58,822 nt of DNA, taken from positions 7,018-65,839 of the forward strand of contig DYGD01000001.1 of the NCBI GenBank assembly GCA_020724885.1, written 5' to 3'. The notes beneath the pieces were generated by a model, which worked only from the letters and a program-made list of their open reading frames with translations, searched no databases and was not told where the DNA came from. Shown one piece after another: positions 29,694 through 37,263 of the stretch. Source of the stretch: Candidatus Paceibacter sp. GTDB lineage: Bacteria; Patescibacteriota; Minisyncoccia; Phycocordibacterales; BOKC01. Made by a program: the position numbers and the translations under genes. How positions within the stretch are numbered: the first letter of the stretch is position 1; each line of letters opens with the position of its first letter.

Positions 29694-29780
29694 TGTTGTT
29701 AAAAAGTAAAAAAGTAAAGAGTAAAAAGTAAATTTTTATAATATCGCTTGGACTTTTAATGAGAGTATGATAACATTACC

Positions 29781-29860
29781 CGACACAAATTACGAATAAA
29801 AACGAATGACACCAATATTATCTTATTCGTGTAATTCGCTCAATTCGTGGATTAGTGTCG
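29781..29860. repeat. long imperfect hairpin of ACGAAT units upstream of rpmB
   Basis: CGACACAAATTACGAAT...ATTCGTGGATTAGTGTCG. Confidence 0.75.
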
Positions 29861-29867
29861 AGTTTGT

Positions 29868-30107
29868 ATGAAAATCTGTCCAATCACAAAAAAGAAAACA
29901 ATTGTCGGTGGCGGTTATTCCAATCGCACCCGCGCCACCAAATTCAATCCGACCGGCAAATCGCCCAAACGACCGAACATCCAGCGGAAAAGAATTTATA
30001 TTCCGGAATTAAAAAAGACGGTTTCTTTGAATATCTCAACCAAAGGCCTCAAGACCATTCGCAAAAGAGGCGCTTACCAAACTCTCAAAAAAGCGGGAAT
30101 AATCTAG
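29868..30107 (+). CDS. rpmB: 50S ribosomal protein L28
   Basis: MKICPIT.K, PNIQ.K and ISTKGLKTI motifs. Confidence 0.9.
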   Translation: MKICPITKKKTIVGGGYSNRTRATKFNPTGKSPKRPNIQRKRIYIPELKKTVSLNISTKGLKTIRKRGAYQTLKKAGII

Positions 30108-30427
30108 TAGGGTCTAGAGAATAGTCCCGACCTACGACTAAAGTTTGGGTCAAGGAACCTCGATTTTGTTTACAAAATCAGGGCCACTTTTTTACAGCAA
30201 GGACTCTCCTTGCCATATTCCTTATTAAAATAATGACTTACGATGTCATTATTTTAAGATGAATTTTAGATGTTATTAATTTTAAAAATATTTCTTAAAA
30301 TTTAGAAAAAAGGGGGCTTTGGAAGTCCGGATGGTTTTTATATAAAAACAGCGCTCTTCCCGGTGAACTGGGTCAAGCGCTGGGGTGCCGATCTGTGGAC
30401 TTCCGAAGTCCACGGGGGGGCATTGGG

Positions 30428-31156
30428 TCAGAAGACGGCTATCAAGATGGCGATCGCCATCGAGACAAGAGCCACGACGCTGAAGAAACGGAACGCCCTG
30501 ACGTCTTCTTCGTCGAAGACGGCGAAGAAGGCGCCGACGGCGGCGAGGGCGGCGGCGGCGAGGGCGAGGAGGGCGGGGAGGGCGAGGAGGGCGGGGAAGT
30601 CGGGGAAGTCGGGGAAGTCGGGGAAGGCGGCGAGGAAGGCGAGGAAGGTGGCGAGGAAGGCGAGGAAGGTGGCAGCACCTATTTTCTTGCTTTTCAGCAC
30701 GTTGCTAATAAGCAAGAGACCGAGTGAACATACCGCCAAGAGACCGAAGGGGTTGGCCTTCTCCACCTCTCGGAGAACTCTTTCCGCCTCGCTTTTCGGC
30801 GCCCGGATGTCCAAGACGTCTCCTTCTCGCACCAGGACCAGCTTGTTTTCCCTCGTCTCCGCCCATGTCCAGAGGCCGACCATCCGCTGGTCAAACACCT
30901 TCGTTCTGACCGGCAGGAAGTCCCGTTCTTCGGCGATCAACTGCTTGATCGCCTCGGGGTACTTCATTGCCTCCGGAGTAGCCGTGAGACCGGTCTCCGT
31001 GTAGGACACTTCCTCTGACTGAAATCTGACACTGCCGTCAGAGCCGACGAGAACAGGTCTCGGCTCGCTCTCTTGAGCTTGAGCCAGGACAGGGACACTT
31101 GCCACGACAAGCACCACTAGCACAGCGAGAACAGCCAGCTTACCTTCTTCTTTCAT
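30428..31156 (-). CDS. GC-rich orphan membrane protein with a low-complexity NNC-codon tract
   Basis: AGGAGG SD, TTGACA-16-TATAAT promoter, signal-peptide-like N-terminus and hydrophobic C-terminus. Confidence 0.7.
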   Translation of the reverse strand: MKEEGKLAVLAVLVVLVVASVPVLAQAQESEPRPVLVGSDGSVRFQSEEVSYTETGLTATPEAMKYPEAIKQLIAEERDFLPVRTKVFDQRMVGLWTWAETRENKLVLVREGDVLDIRAPKSEAERVLREVEKANPFGLLAVCSLGLLLISNVLKSKKIGAATFLAFLATFLAFLAAFPDFPDFPDFPALLALPALLALAAAALAAVGAFFAVFDEEDVRAFRFFSVVALVSMAIAILIAVF

Positions 31157-31236
31157 CGTTCATTCCTCCTGTTGGGGTTGGGTCTTCTGATTTCAAATTC
31201 ACAAATCCGACCGGATTATATATTAAAGTAATTTTT

Positions 31237-31358
31237 TGTCAAATTTTTTGAGTGAGTGAAACTACAACCCCCGGACTTTAATTGTCCGCCCATCCGACCT
31301 AAACAAAATCGTGCCGAGGTCGTAGTTGCCAAGGGTTTTGACTCCGTTGTTTTGCAGA
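31237..31358. repeat. 122 bp direct repeat (copy of the comEC-MBL 3' end)
   Basis: Matches 33160-33281 with one mismatch. Confidence 0.95.
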
Positions 31359-31440
31359 AAATAAAAACAAATTTTTAAATGTTAACAATTTAGCGCGAAC
31401 GTCTTGGAATTGTTAACATGAGAAATTAATTAAGCAATGA

Positions 31441-31471
31441 AAAACCCGCCGGATACGACCCCGGCGGGCTT
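31441..31471 (-). terminator. intrinsic terminator after the SPFH gene
   Basis: CCCGCCGG...CCGGCGGG stem with a T-run on the minus strand. Confidence 0.7.
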
Positions 31472-31487
31472 GGAGAGAACATGCTGG

Positions 31488-32756
31488 TTAGTTGTTGTTG
31501 CCACTGACCTCAAGGTCGAGCGCTAGATCCCTGGCTGCCTTGACAGTCAGAAGATTGATGAAGTCGAGAGCGCCACCGCCGACTGCCTGATTGAAGCCTC
31601 CGTTGCCACCCATGACGACCGACGGCACCCAGGCCCCTTGGTAACCGCGGATCGCATCAGCGAACATGCGATTGACCTCGAGATAGGCCTCCAACTTCTT
31701 GTCCAGTGCTCCATCGGCAGACATGACCAGTTCCCGCCGGCGCGCTTCGCCCTCGCCAAGCAGAATTTGCTCCTGCTTGCGCAGATCGGCAGTATCCAAG
31801 TCGAGTTTGGCGACATCGCGCCGCTGTTCGGCCTCGGTCACCGCCTGTGCCTTGAGCACTTCCTGCTTCCACTTGGCTTCGGCCGCGGCTGCCTTACCCT
31901 TCTGCTCGGCGGTGATGGCCTCCTGCTCCGCCTTCTTGGCGGTAGCAATCGCGGTCTGAACCTCCATGATTGCTTCCTGCTGCTGGCGGATCTGGCTCAG
32001 AACGTTGCCGTCGTAGGAAACTTCGTTCAAAGACAAGTTGAAGATTCTGATGCCGAAGTCGCCAAGCGGGGATTCCGCTTCGCGTCGGTAGCCGAAGTCT
32101 TGCGGCCGTTCGCTCTCCACAAGCTCCACCACCCGTACGGTCTTGGTGTGACCAGTGATCGGATCAGTGGTTCGCTCGTCCCGCGACCGGGTAGCATAAG
32201 TGCCGTACTTGATCTGATCATCGATAAGTCGCAGAAGATCGTTACGCCTCGAAGCGTACGACTCAGCGGAAGTCATCAGGGGACCAGTCATGTAGACGCT
32301 CTTCTCCACCACTGTGCGGATAAGCTGCTGCTCGATCGCCCGAGGACTGCCGTAGCGAGTGTGCAATCCTCGAAGATTGTCCTCGTCGAGCGGCATCTCC
32401 CAGGAGAGCGAGCCGGAGATGTCGGCGCTGGCGCCGTCGTTGAAGAGGACCCGAATGGCATCCTCAGCGTCAGTGCCCTGACCCTCCTTAGAGGAGAACC
32501 AGAAGTGGGCGCGCTTCGGATAAGCAGTAACATAACCGAAGCCCTGCCACTTGATGCCGGGAGTAGAGTGCCAAGTCAGCTTGCCACTGATCGGACTCTG
32601 GATGACGACAACCTCGTCGGCATCGACGTTCTCAAACAACTTGAACGCCGAAAGCGAACCAGCGATGGTCAGAACCAACGCCACAATCACCAACATGATG
32701 TGCAGGGGATTGGGGTTGGCCGGACGCTCGTCACGACTCAATCTGCTCTGACTCAT
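31488..32756 (-). CDS. SPFH/Band-7 domain membrane protein
   Basis: N-terminal transmembrane helix, SPFH-like region and Ala/Glu/Gln coiled coil; GC-rich codon use. Confidence 0.75.
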   Translation of the reverse strand: MSQSRLSRDERPANPNPLHIMLVIVALVLTIAGSLSAFKLFENVDADEVVVIQSPISGKLTWHSTPGIKWQGFGYVTAYPKRAHFWFSSKEGQGTDAEDAIRVLFNDGASADISGSLSWEMPLDEDNLRGLHTRYGSPRAIEQQLIRTVVEKSVYMTGPLMTSAESYASRRNDLLRLIDDQIKYGTYATRSRDERTTDPITGHTKTVRVVELVESERPQDFGYRREAESPLGDFGIRIFNLSLNEVSYDGNVLSQIRQQQEAIMEVQTAIATAKKAEQEAITAEQKGKAAAAEAKWKQEVLKAQAVTEAEQRRDVAKLDLDTADLRKQEQILLGEGEARRRELVMSADGALDKKLEAYLEVNRMFADAIRGYQGAWVPSVVMGGNGGFNQAVGGGALDFINLLTVKAARDLALDLEVSGNNN

Positions 32757-32823
32757 ACTTTTCCTTTCTTCCTGTTTTGTTCGGCTGAACTTTCTTCAGA
32801 CCGAAAGTGAGTGAATGAGGATT

Positions 32824-33075
32824 TCAATCCTCATCGAGATCGAGAACTTCCAGAGCTCTATTAACATCCTCCTCGGCGCCCCGAACGATTCGAGCGTCTC
32901 CAAGAGTATACCTAGACTTCATGGCCTCCGACTCCACAGTTCTTCCTCCCCTGAAAATAAAACGAATGACCGGAAACGGTCTCGTCCTATTGAACAGGGG
33001 GAGAATGATCTCCGAGAGTAAAAGACCCAACAGCATGGCCAGGGCCAGAAACACCAAGAGTCGCAACAGAAACAT
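32824..33075 (-). CDS. small membrane protein upstream of the SPFH gene
   Basis: AGGAGG SD and N-terminal hydrophobic helix. Confidence 0.65.
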   Translation of the reverse strand: MFLLRLLVFLALAMLLGLLLSEIILPLFNRTRPFPVIRFIFRGGRTVESEAMKSRYTLGDARIVRGAEEDVNRALEVLDLDED

Positions 33076-33159
33076 GGATTGTGCCTCCTTCTCGGCCTAA
33101 GCCGGGTTATGACAAGTTGCAAACTAACTCTTTTTTAATTATAACAAATCAAATAAAAA

Positions 33160-33281
33160 TGTCAAATTTTTTGAATGAGTGAAACTACAACCCCCGGACT
33201 TTAATTGTCCGCCCATCCGACCTAAACAAAATCGTGCCGAGGTCGTAGTTGCCAAGGGTTTTGACTCCGTTGTTTTGCAGA
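33160..33281. repeat. 122 bp direct repeat (native copy)
   Basis: Matches 31237-31358; overlaps the last codons of the MBL gene. Confidence 0.95.
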
Positions 33282-34048
33282 GTTTCCAAAACTTCCTTGT
33301 GCGGATGTCCGTATTTATTGTCCCGACCGGCTTGAATAACGGCAATGTCCGGCCGAACCGCTTTGACGAAAGAATCAGAAGTAGAGGTCTTTGAACCGTG
33401 GTGGCCGACCTTTAGAACATCGCTTTTTAGAATCTCACCGTCCAGAAAAACCAGATATTCTTCAATCTTTATCGGCGCGTCGCCGGTGAGCATAAAAGAA
33501 TTCTCGCCAAAAAATAATTTGCCGACGATAGAAGCATCGTTGGGGTTGAGTCCCGAAACATCCCTGTCCGGGAAAAGGACGACGAAAACTGCGCCGCCGC
33601 CCAAATCAACAAACATTCCTCTTTCAGCAACAATTCGCTTGGCTGGCGATTCTTCCGCTAAATAATTAAAGTTATCGACAATTCTGGTAGGGTGAGCTAC
33701 TCCTGATTCAATAATAAGATCGGTTTCAAATCTCTCCAAAATTGGAATAAAACCGCCGATGTGGTCAGCATCCGAATGGGTAACGAGCAATACTTCTATC
33801 TTTCGGTCATGAAAAGGCAGAGATTTTGACAAAGAATCCAAGACCGCGCCTCCCTGGCCAGCATCTATGAGCATTTTGTTGCCAGATGGCGATTTTATCA
33901 AAATAGCGTCCCCCTGCCCGACATCAAGAAAATAAACCCGGAGAGAAGAATCAGATGACCAGACGAAATTCCAAATAAAGAGATTAGAAACCGCCAAAAA
34001 TCCCAAAGTCAAAAACCAATGATACTTTACAAAAAATGATTTCATCAA
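33185..34048 (-). CDS. ComEC/Rec2-related metallo-beta-lactamase-fold protein
   Basis: FLDVGQGDA, THSDADHIGG, LKVGHHGS and N.YGHPH motifs. Confidence 0.92.
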   Translation of the reverse strand: MMKSFFVKYHWFLTLGFLAVSNLFIWNFVWSSDSSLRVYFLDVGQGDAILIKSPSGNKMLIDAGQGGAVLDSLSKSLPFHDRKIEVLLVTHSDADHIGGFIPILERFETDLIIESGVAHPTRIVDNFNYLAEESPAKRIVAERGMFVDLGGGAVFVVLFPDRDVSGLNPNDASIVGKLFFGENSFMLTGDAPIKIEEYLVFLDGEILKSDVLKVGHHGSKTSTSDSFVKAVRPDIAVIQAGRDNKYGHPHKEVLETLQNNGVKTLGNYDLGTILFRSDGRTIKVRGL

Positions 34049-34105
34049 AAAAAGAATGGTGGTAAAATATATTTGAGATTATACATCTAATTCTAAACAA
34101 TCATT

Positions 34106-34696
34106 ATGGAAAACTACCAGGAACAGAAATTTAACATCCCAAAATTAAAAGGAATTTCAGAAAAAAGCATTGAAGAACATCTGAAGCTTTATGCCGGCTA
34201 CGTTAAGCATACCAACTTGATTTTGGAAAAAATTACCGAGCTAAATGAGGATTCGGAAAAAAATATGTATCTTATCGGCGAACTTCGCCGGCGGTTGGGG
34301 TTTGAATTTGACGGAATGAGAAACCACGAATACTACTTCCGGTCGTTTGAAGGCGGTTCAACTCCGCTTGCCGAAAATTCGCCACTAAAAAAACAAATCG
34401 GGAACAGCTTCGGCGGTTTTGAAAATTGGCTGAAAGAATTCAAGCAAACAGCGGCCACTCGCGGCATCGGCTGGGCGATGCTTTATTTTGACCCGCAAAC
34501 AAAACGACTGCTGAATGCCTGGATTGACGAACAGCACTTGGGACACTTGACCGGCCTCTCGCCGGTTCTGGCACTTGATATGTGGGAACATTCTTATGTC
34601 TTTGACTACCAACCCAGCGGCAAAAAGCAATACATTGAGGACTTTTTTGAAAATCTGAACTGGCAAGTGATTGAAGCTAATTTTTTAGAAAATTAA
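34106..34696 (+). CDS. sod: Fe/Mn superoxide dismutase
   Basis: H..LY.GYV, NHEYYF, G.GWA.L and LDMWEHSY motifs. Confidence 0.9.
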   Translation: MENYQEQKFNIPKLKGISEKSIEEHLKLYAGYVKHTNLILEKITELNEDSEKNMYLIGELRRRLGFEFDGMRNHEYYFRSFEGGSTPLAENSPLKKQIGNSFGGFENWLKEFKQTAATRGIGWAMLYFDPQTKRLLNAWIDEQHLGHLTGLSPVLALDMWEHSYVFDYQPSGKKQYIEDFFENLNWQVIEANFLEN

Positions 34697-34699
34697 TTT

Positions 34700-36220
34700 T
34701 TGAGAATGAAACCGGCCGATTGGCTTTTCTTTTTTTGTCTCGCTTTCATCGGCGGAGTGTTCCTAAAATCTTTCTGGGATACTCCATGGCTGTTTTTCCT
34801 AAATTTGGCTTTTGTCTCTCTGGCCGCTTTTGTTTTAAGTTTTTTTGTTTTCCATAAACCGGTAAAAATTTTTCTGCCAATCTCTTTGGTTTTTCTCACC
34901 GCGGGCTTGGGAATTCTGCGGACCGACTTCAAAATTTCCGCTCCGGACCAACTGCAGGCCTACAGAGACAACGAGGAAATTGTTGAGATTGCGGGGAAAA
35001 TAAAAGGCCAGCCGAGTTTGAGAGACAATCATATCAAGTACACCGTATTAACTGACACTTTCAGCGAAAAAATTTTAATCAACGCCGAGCTGACGGAAAA
35101 ATTTAACCCGGGTGACAAGATTTTAATCCGGGGCAAGCTCCAGACCCCCGCTGAATTTCCCGACTTTAATTATCGCGAATTCTTACAAAAAGACGGAATC
35201 CAAACAGTCGCCTATTATCCGGAGATTGAAATTTTGAAAGAGAAAAAATGGAGTTTTTTGGGCTTGGTCTTAAAAGCTAAAAACAAACTTAGAGAGGCAA
35301 ACAGAAAAATTATTCCTTTTCCGCAAGGTGAAATTTTGGCGGCGATGACACTCGGCGACGCCCCTCTTATGCCCCAAACGGTAAAAGACAATTTTAATAA
35401 AGTTGGTATTCGCCATATCACCGCCATCTCCGGAATGCATATCGGAATTATTGCGGGGCTCTTAGCGGGGATCTTGTATGCAAGCCCGTTAAAGAATAAA
35501 ACTTTTTGGATTGTCTCAATCTTTTTAATTTTTTATGTGACACTGGTCGGCTGGCCGGCCTCAGCTGTCCGGGCCGCCATTATGGGTTCAATCTTGCTTT
35601 TAGCCGAGAAAGTCAGAAGGAAATATTTTGCCGAACGCGCGCTGGTCTTAGCCGCTTTTGTAATGCTTCTTTTAAACCCCCTACTCTTGCGTCTTGATGT
35701 CGGCTTCCAGCTTTCTTTTCTGGCGGTTTTGGGAATTATCACTACCGCTCCATTTTTTGCCCAGATTTTAAAAAGGTTTATAAGATTTAAATACCTCACC
35801 CAAATCGTCGCCATCACTCTCGCCGCCCAAGTTTTTACCCTGCCGATTTTAATTTACAATTTCGGAATTTTTTCCACCGTCTCGCCTCTGGCAAATGTTT
35901 TAGTGGTACCGCTCGTGCCGTTTATAATCGTCGGCGGATTTCTGGCGATGATTGGTGGCGCAATTCACGAGTGGTTGGGTTTGGTTTTGGCTTTTCCAGT
36001 TTATCTAATCCTTAAATACATCACTTGGCTAAGCGAATTTGCGGCTGACTCTCCGTGGTCATTCCAAACAATCTCCGGCCTCCATGTCTTCTGGATGATT
36101 CTTTATTATTTGATTCTCCTACCTTTTGCCTTCTGGCTGAAAAGAAAACTGCCACAAGCTGAATTAAATCTTCTACCGAAAACTAATAAAAATGAAAACA
36201 AAAACACAGATCGGAATTAA
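34700..36220 (+). CDS. comEC: ComEC/Rec2 competence membrane protein
   Basis: G.RHITAISGMH, SAVRAAIM and DVGFQLSFLA motifs; lacks a fused MBL domain. Confidence 0.92.
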   Translation: MRMKPADWLFFFCLAFIGGVFLKSFWDTPWLFFLNLAFVSLAAFVLSFFVFHKPVKIFLPISLVFLTAGLGILRTDFKISAPDQLQAYRDNEEIVEIAGKIKGQPSLRDNHIKYTVLTDTFSEKILINAELTEKFNPGDKILIRGKLQTPAEFPDFNYREFLQKDGIQTVAYYPEIEILKEKKWSFLGLVLKAKNKLREANRKIIPFPQGEILAAMTLGDAPLMPQTVKDNFNKVGIRHITAISGMHIGIIAGLLAGILYASPLKNKTFWIVSIFLIFYVTLVGWPASAVRAAIMGSILLLAEKVRRKYFAERALVLAAFVMLLLNPLLLRLDVGFQLSFLAVLGIITTAPFFAQILKRFIRFKYLTQIVAITLAAQVFTLPILIYNFGIFSTVSPLANVLVVPLVPFIIVGGFLAMIGGAIHEWLGLVLAFPVYLILKYITWLSEFAADSPWSFQTISGLHVFWMILYYLILLPFAFWLKRKLPQAELNLLPKTNKNENKNTDRN

Positions 36221-36228
36221 CAACAGAG

Positions 36229-36264
36229 GAGACAATTTGACGATCGCCAAATTGTCTCTATAAT
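36229..36264 (+). promoter_or_regulatory. palindromic operator overlapping a promoter
   Basis: GAGACAATTTGACGATCGCCAAATTGTCTC contains TTGACG and the 16 bp spacer, and abuts TATAAT. Confidence 0.7.
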
Positions 36265-36270
36265 AGAATT

Positions 36271-36780
36271 ATGAGCTTCACAGAAGATTTACTTTCAACT
36301 CTCACCACTTTGAGTGACTACTCACGGCTTTGGGCTAGAGTTCGCGGGTCTGGAAAGATCTACGGAAGACCTAAATCGGATTCGGTTGACTCTATATCTT
36401 ATAAAACTTTTTGGAAAACTCTCTCCCGTTTGGAACAAAGAGGATTGGTTGAGAACAAAGGCAACCAATGGAAGATTACTTCTCTAGGATTGGACTATCT
36501 CAAAAAACTACAGAGAAAGAAAAAATTACCGAAACACTCCGCCAAATCTCTGTCGTCCAAACCCAAAAGAATGATTATAATTTTTGATATACCGGAAAAA
36601 TTCCGGCGAGAGAGAGCGTGGTTAAGGTTTGAGTTAACAAATCTCGGCTTTGTAATGCTTCAGAAAAGCGTTTGGTTTGGCCCAGCGCCATTGCCAAAAG
36701 AATTTATAAAATCCTTAAAGGAACTGAAAATTTTACCCTATTTGAAATTCTTTAAAGCAACTGAAGAAGAAATCGTTTAA
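36271..36780 (+). CDS. PaaX-like regulator (wHTH plus Cas2-like domain)
   Basis: LSRLEQRGLV...W.IT..G helix-wing region; IIFDIPE..R..R..LR..L..LGF..LQKSVW motif. Confidence 0.8.
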   Translation: MSFTEDLLSTLTTLSDYSRLWARVRGSGKIYGRPKSDSVDSISYKTFWKTLSRLEQRGLVENKGNQWKITSLGLDYLKKLQRKKKLPKHSAKSLSSKPKRMIIIFDIPEKFRRERAWLRFELTNLGFVMLQKSVWFGPAPLPKEFIKSLKELKILPYLKFFKATEEEIV

Positions 36781-36801
36781 CACCAGAACCCAACTCAAAG
36801 T

Positions 36802-36843
36802 TCAACGGAGACAACTTGGCGATCGCCAAGTTGTCTCCGTTGA
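36802..36843. repeat. perfect 42 bp palindrome
   Basis: TCAACGGAGACAACTTGGCGA|TCGCCAAGTTGTCTCCGTTGA. Confidence 0.95.
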
Positions 36844-36942
36844 CATCTGAAACGAGAAAATGATAGTGTCAGCGGAACAAAATCAGCGGTGCTCGTAGCA
36901 CCGCTAACAGACGGGGAAGAAACAGGGGTAAGGAGACATAAT

Positions 36943-37263
36943 ATGGAATGGTTTTGGGTCATAACCATTACCTACGGATGTGTCGCTATAATCGGAGGTA
37001 TTTACTACTTCGCCTTCGTCAGCAGTGATTGCTATCGAGAAGAGGAGGAAGCTGGTCGAGTTCCCATGGATCCTGTCTTCACTCAAGTGATGATCTTTCT
37101 TGTCGTTCCTATACTTTTCGGCATTCTCTGGCTACCGCTGCTCATCGTACTCATGCAAGAGAAGAGAGAGAGGGGGGGTGAAGTGATCCGAATCCAGGAA
37201 GCCGACCCGTCAAACCGCCGGCACTCGCTCGGCGGTTTTTTCATTTTCTCCAACTTTCTATAA
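36943..37263 (+). CDS. orphan two-helix membrane protein
   Basis: AAGGAG SD before ATG 36943; two hydrophobic segments. Confidence 0.55.
   Translation: MEWFWVITITYGCVAIIGGIYYFAFVSSDCYREEEEAGRVPMDPVFTQVMIFLVVPILFGILWLPLLIVLMQEKRERGGEVIRIQEADPSNRRHSLGGFFIFSNFL

Noticed and set aside
30363-31004. Plus-strand Glu/Gly-rich and Arg/Lys/Ala-rich ORFs
   Set aside because: By-products of the stop-free NNC tract; expression signals belong to the minus-strand ORF
31379-31419. Integron attC site
   Set aside because: Does not match RYYYAAC/GTTRRRY, is single copy, and no integrase is visible
31638-32810. 390 aa plus-strand ORF
   Set aside because: Antisense shadow of the GC-rich SPFH gene; the SD, promoter and terminator all support the minus strand
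30428-33075. Prophage
   Set aside because: No structural, terminase or integrase genes; only three membrane-protein genes
36271-36780. Cas2 / CRISPR locus
   Set aside because: The Cas2-like motif is fused to a wHTH as in PaaX-like proteins; there is no cas1 and no repeat-spacer array in the window
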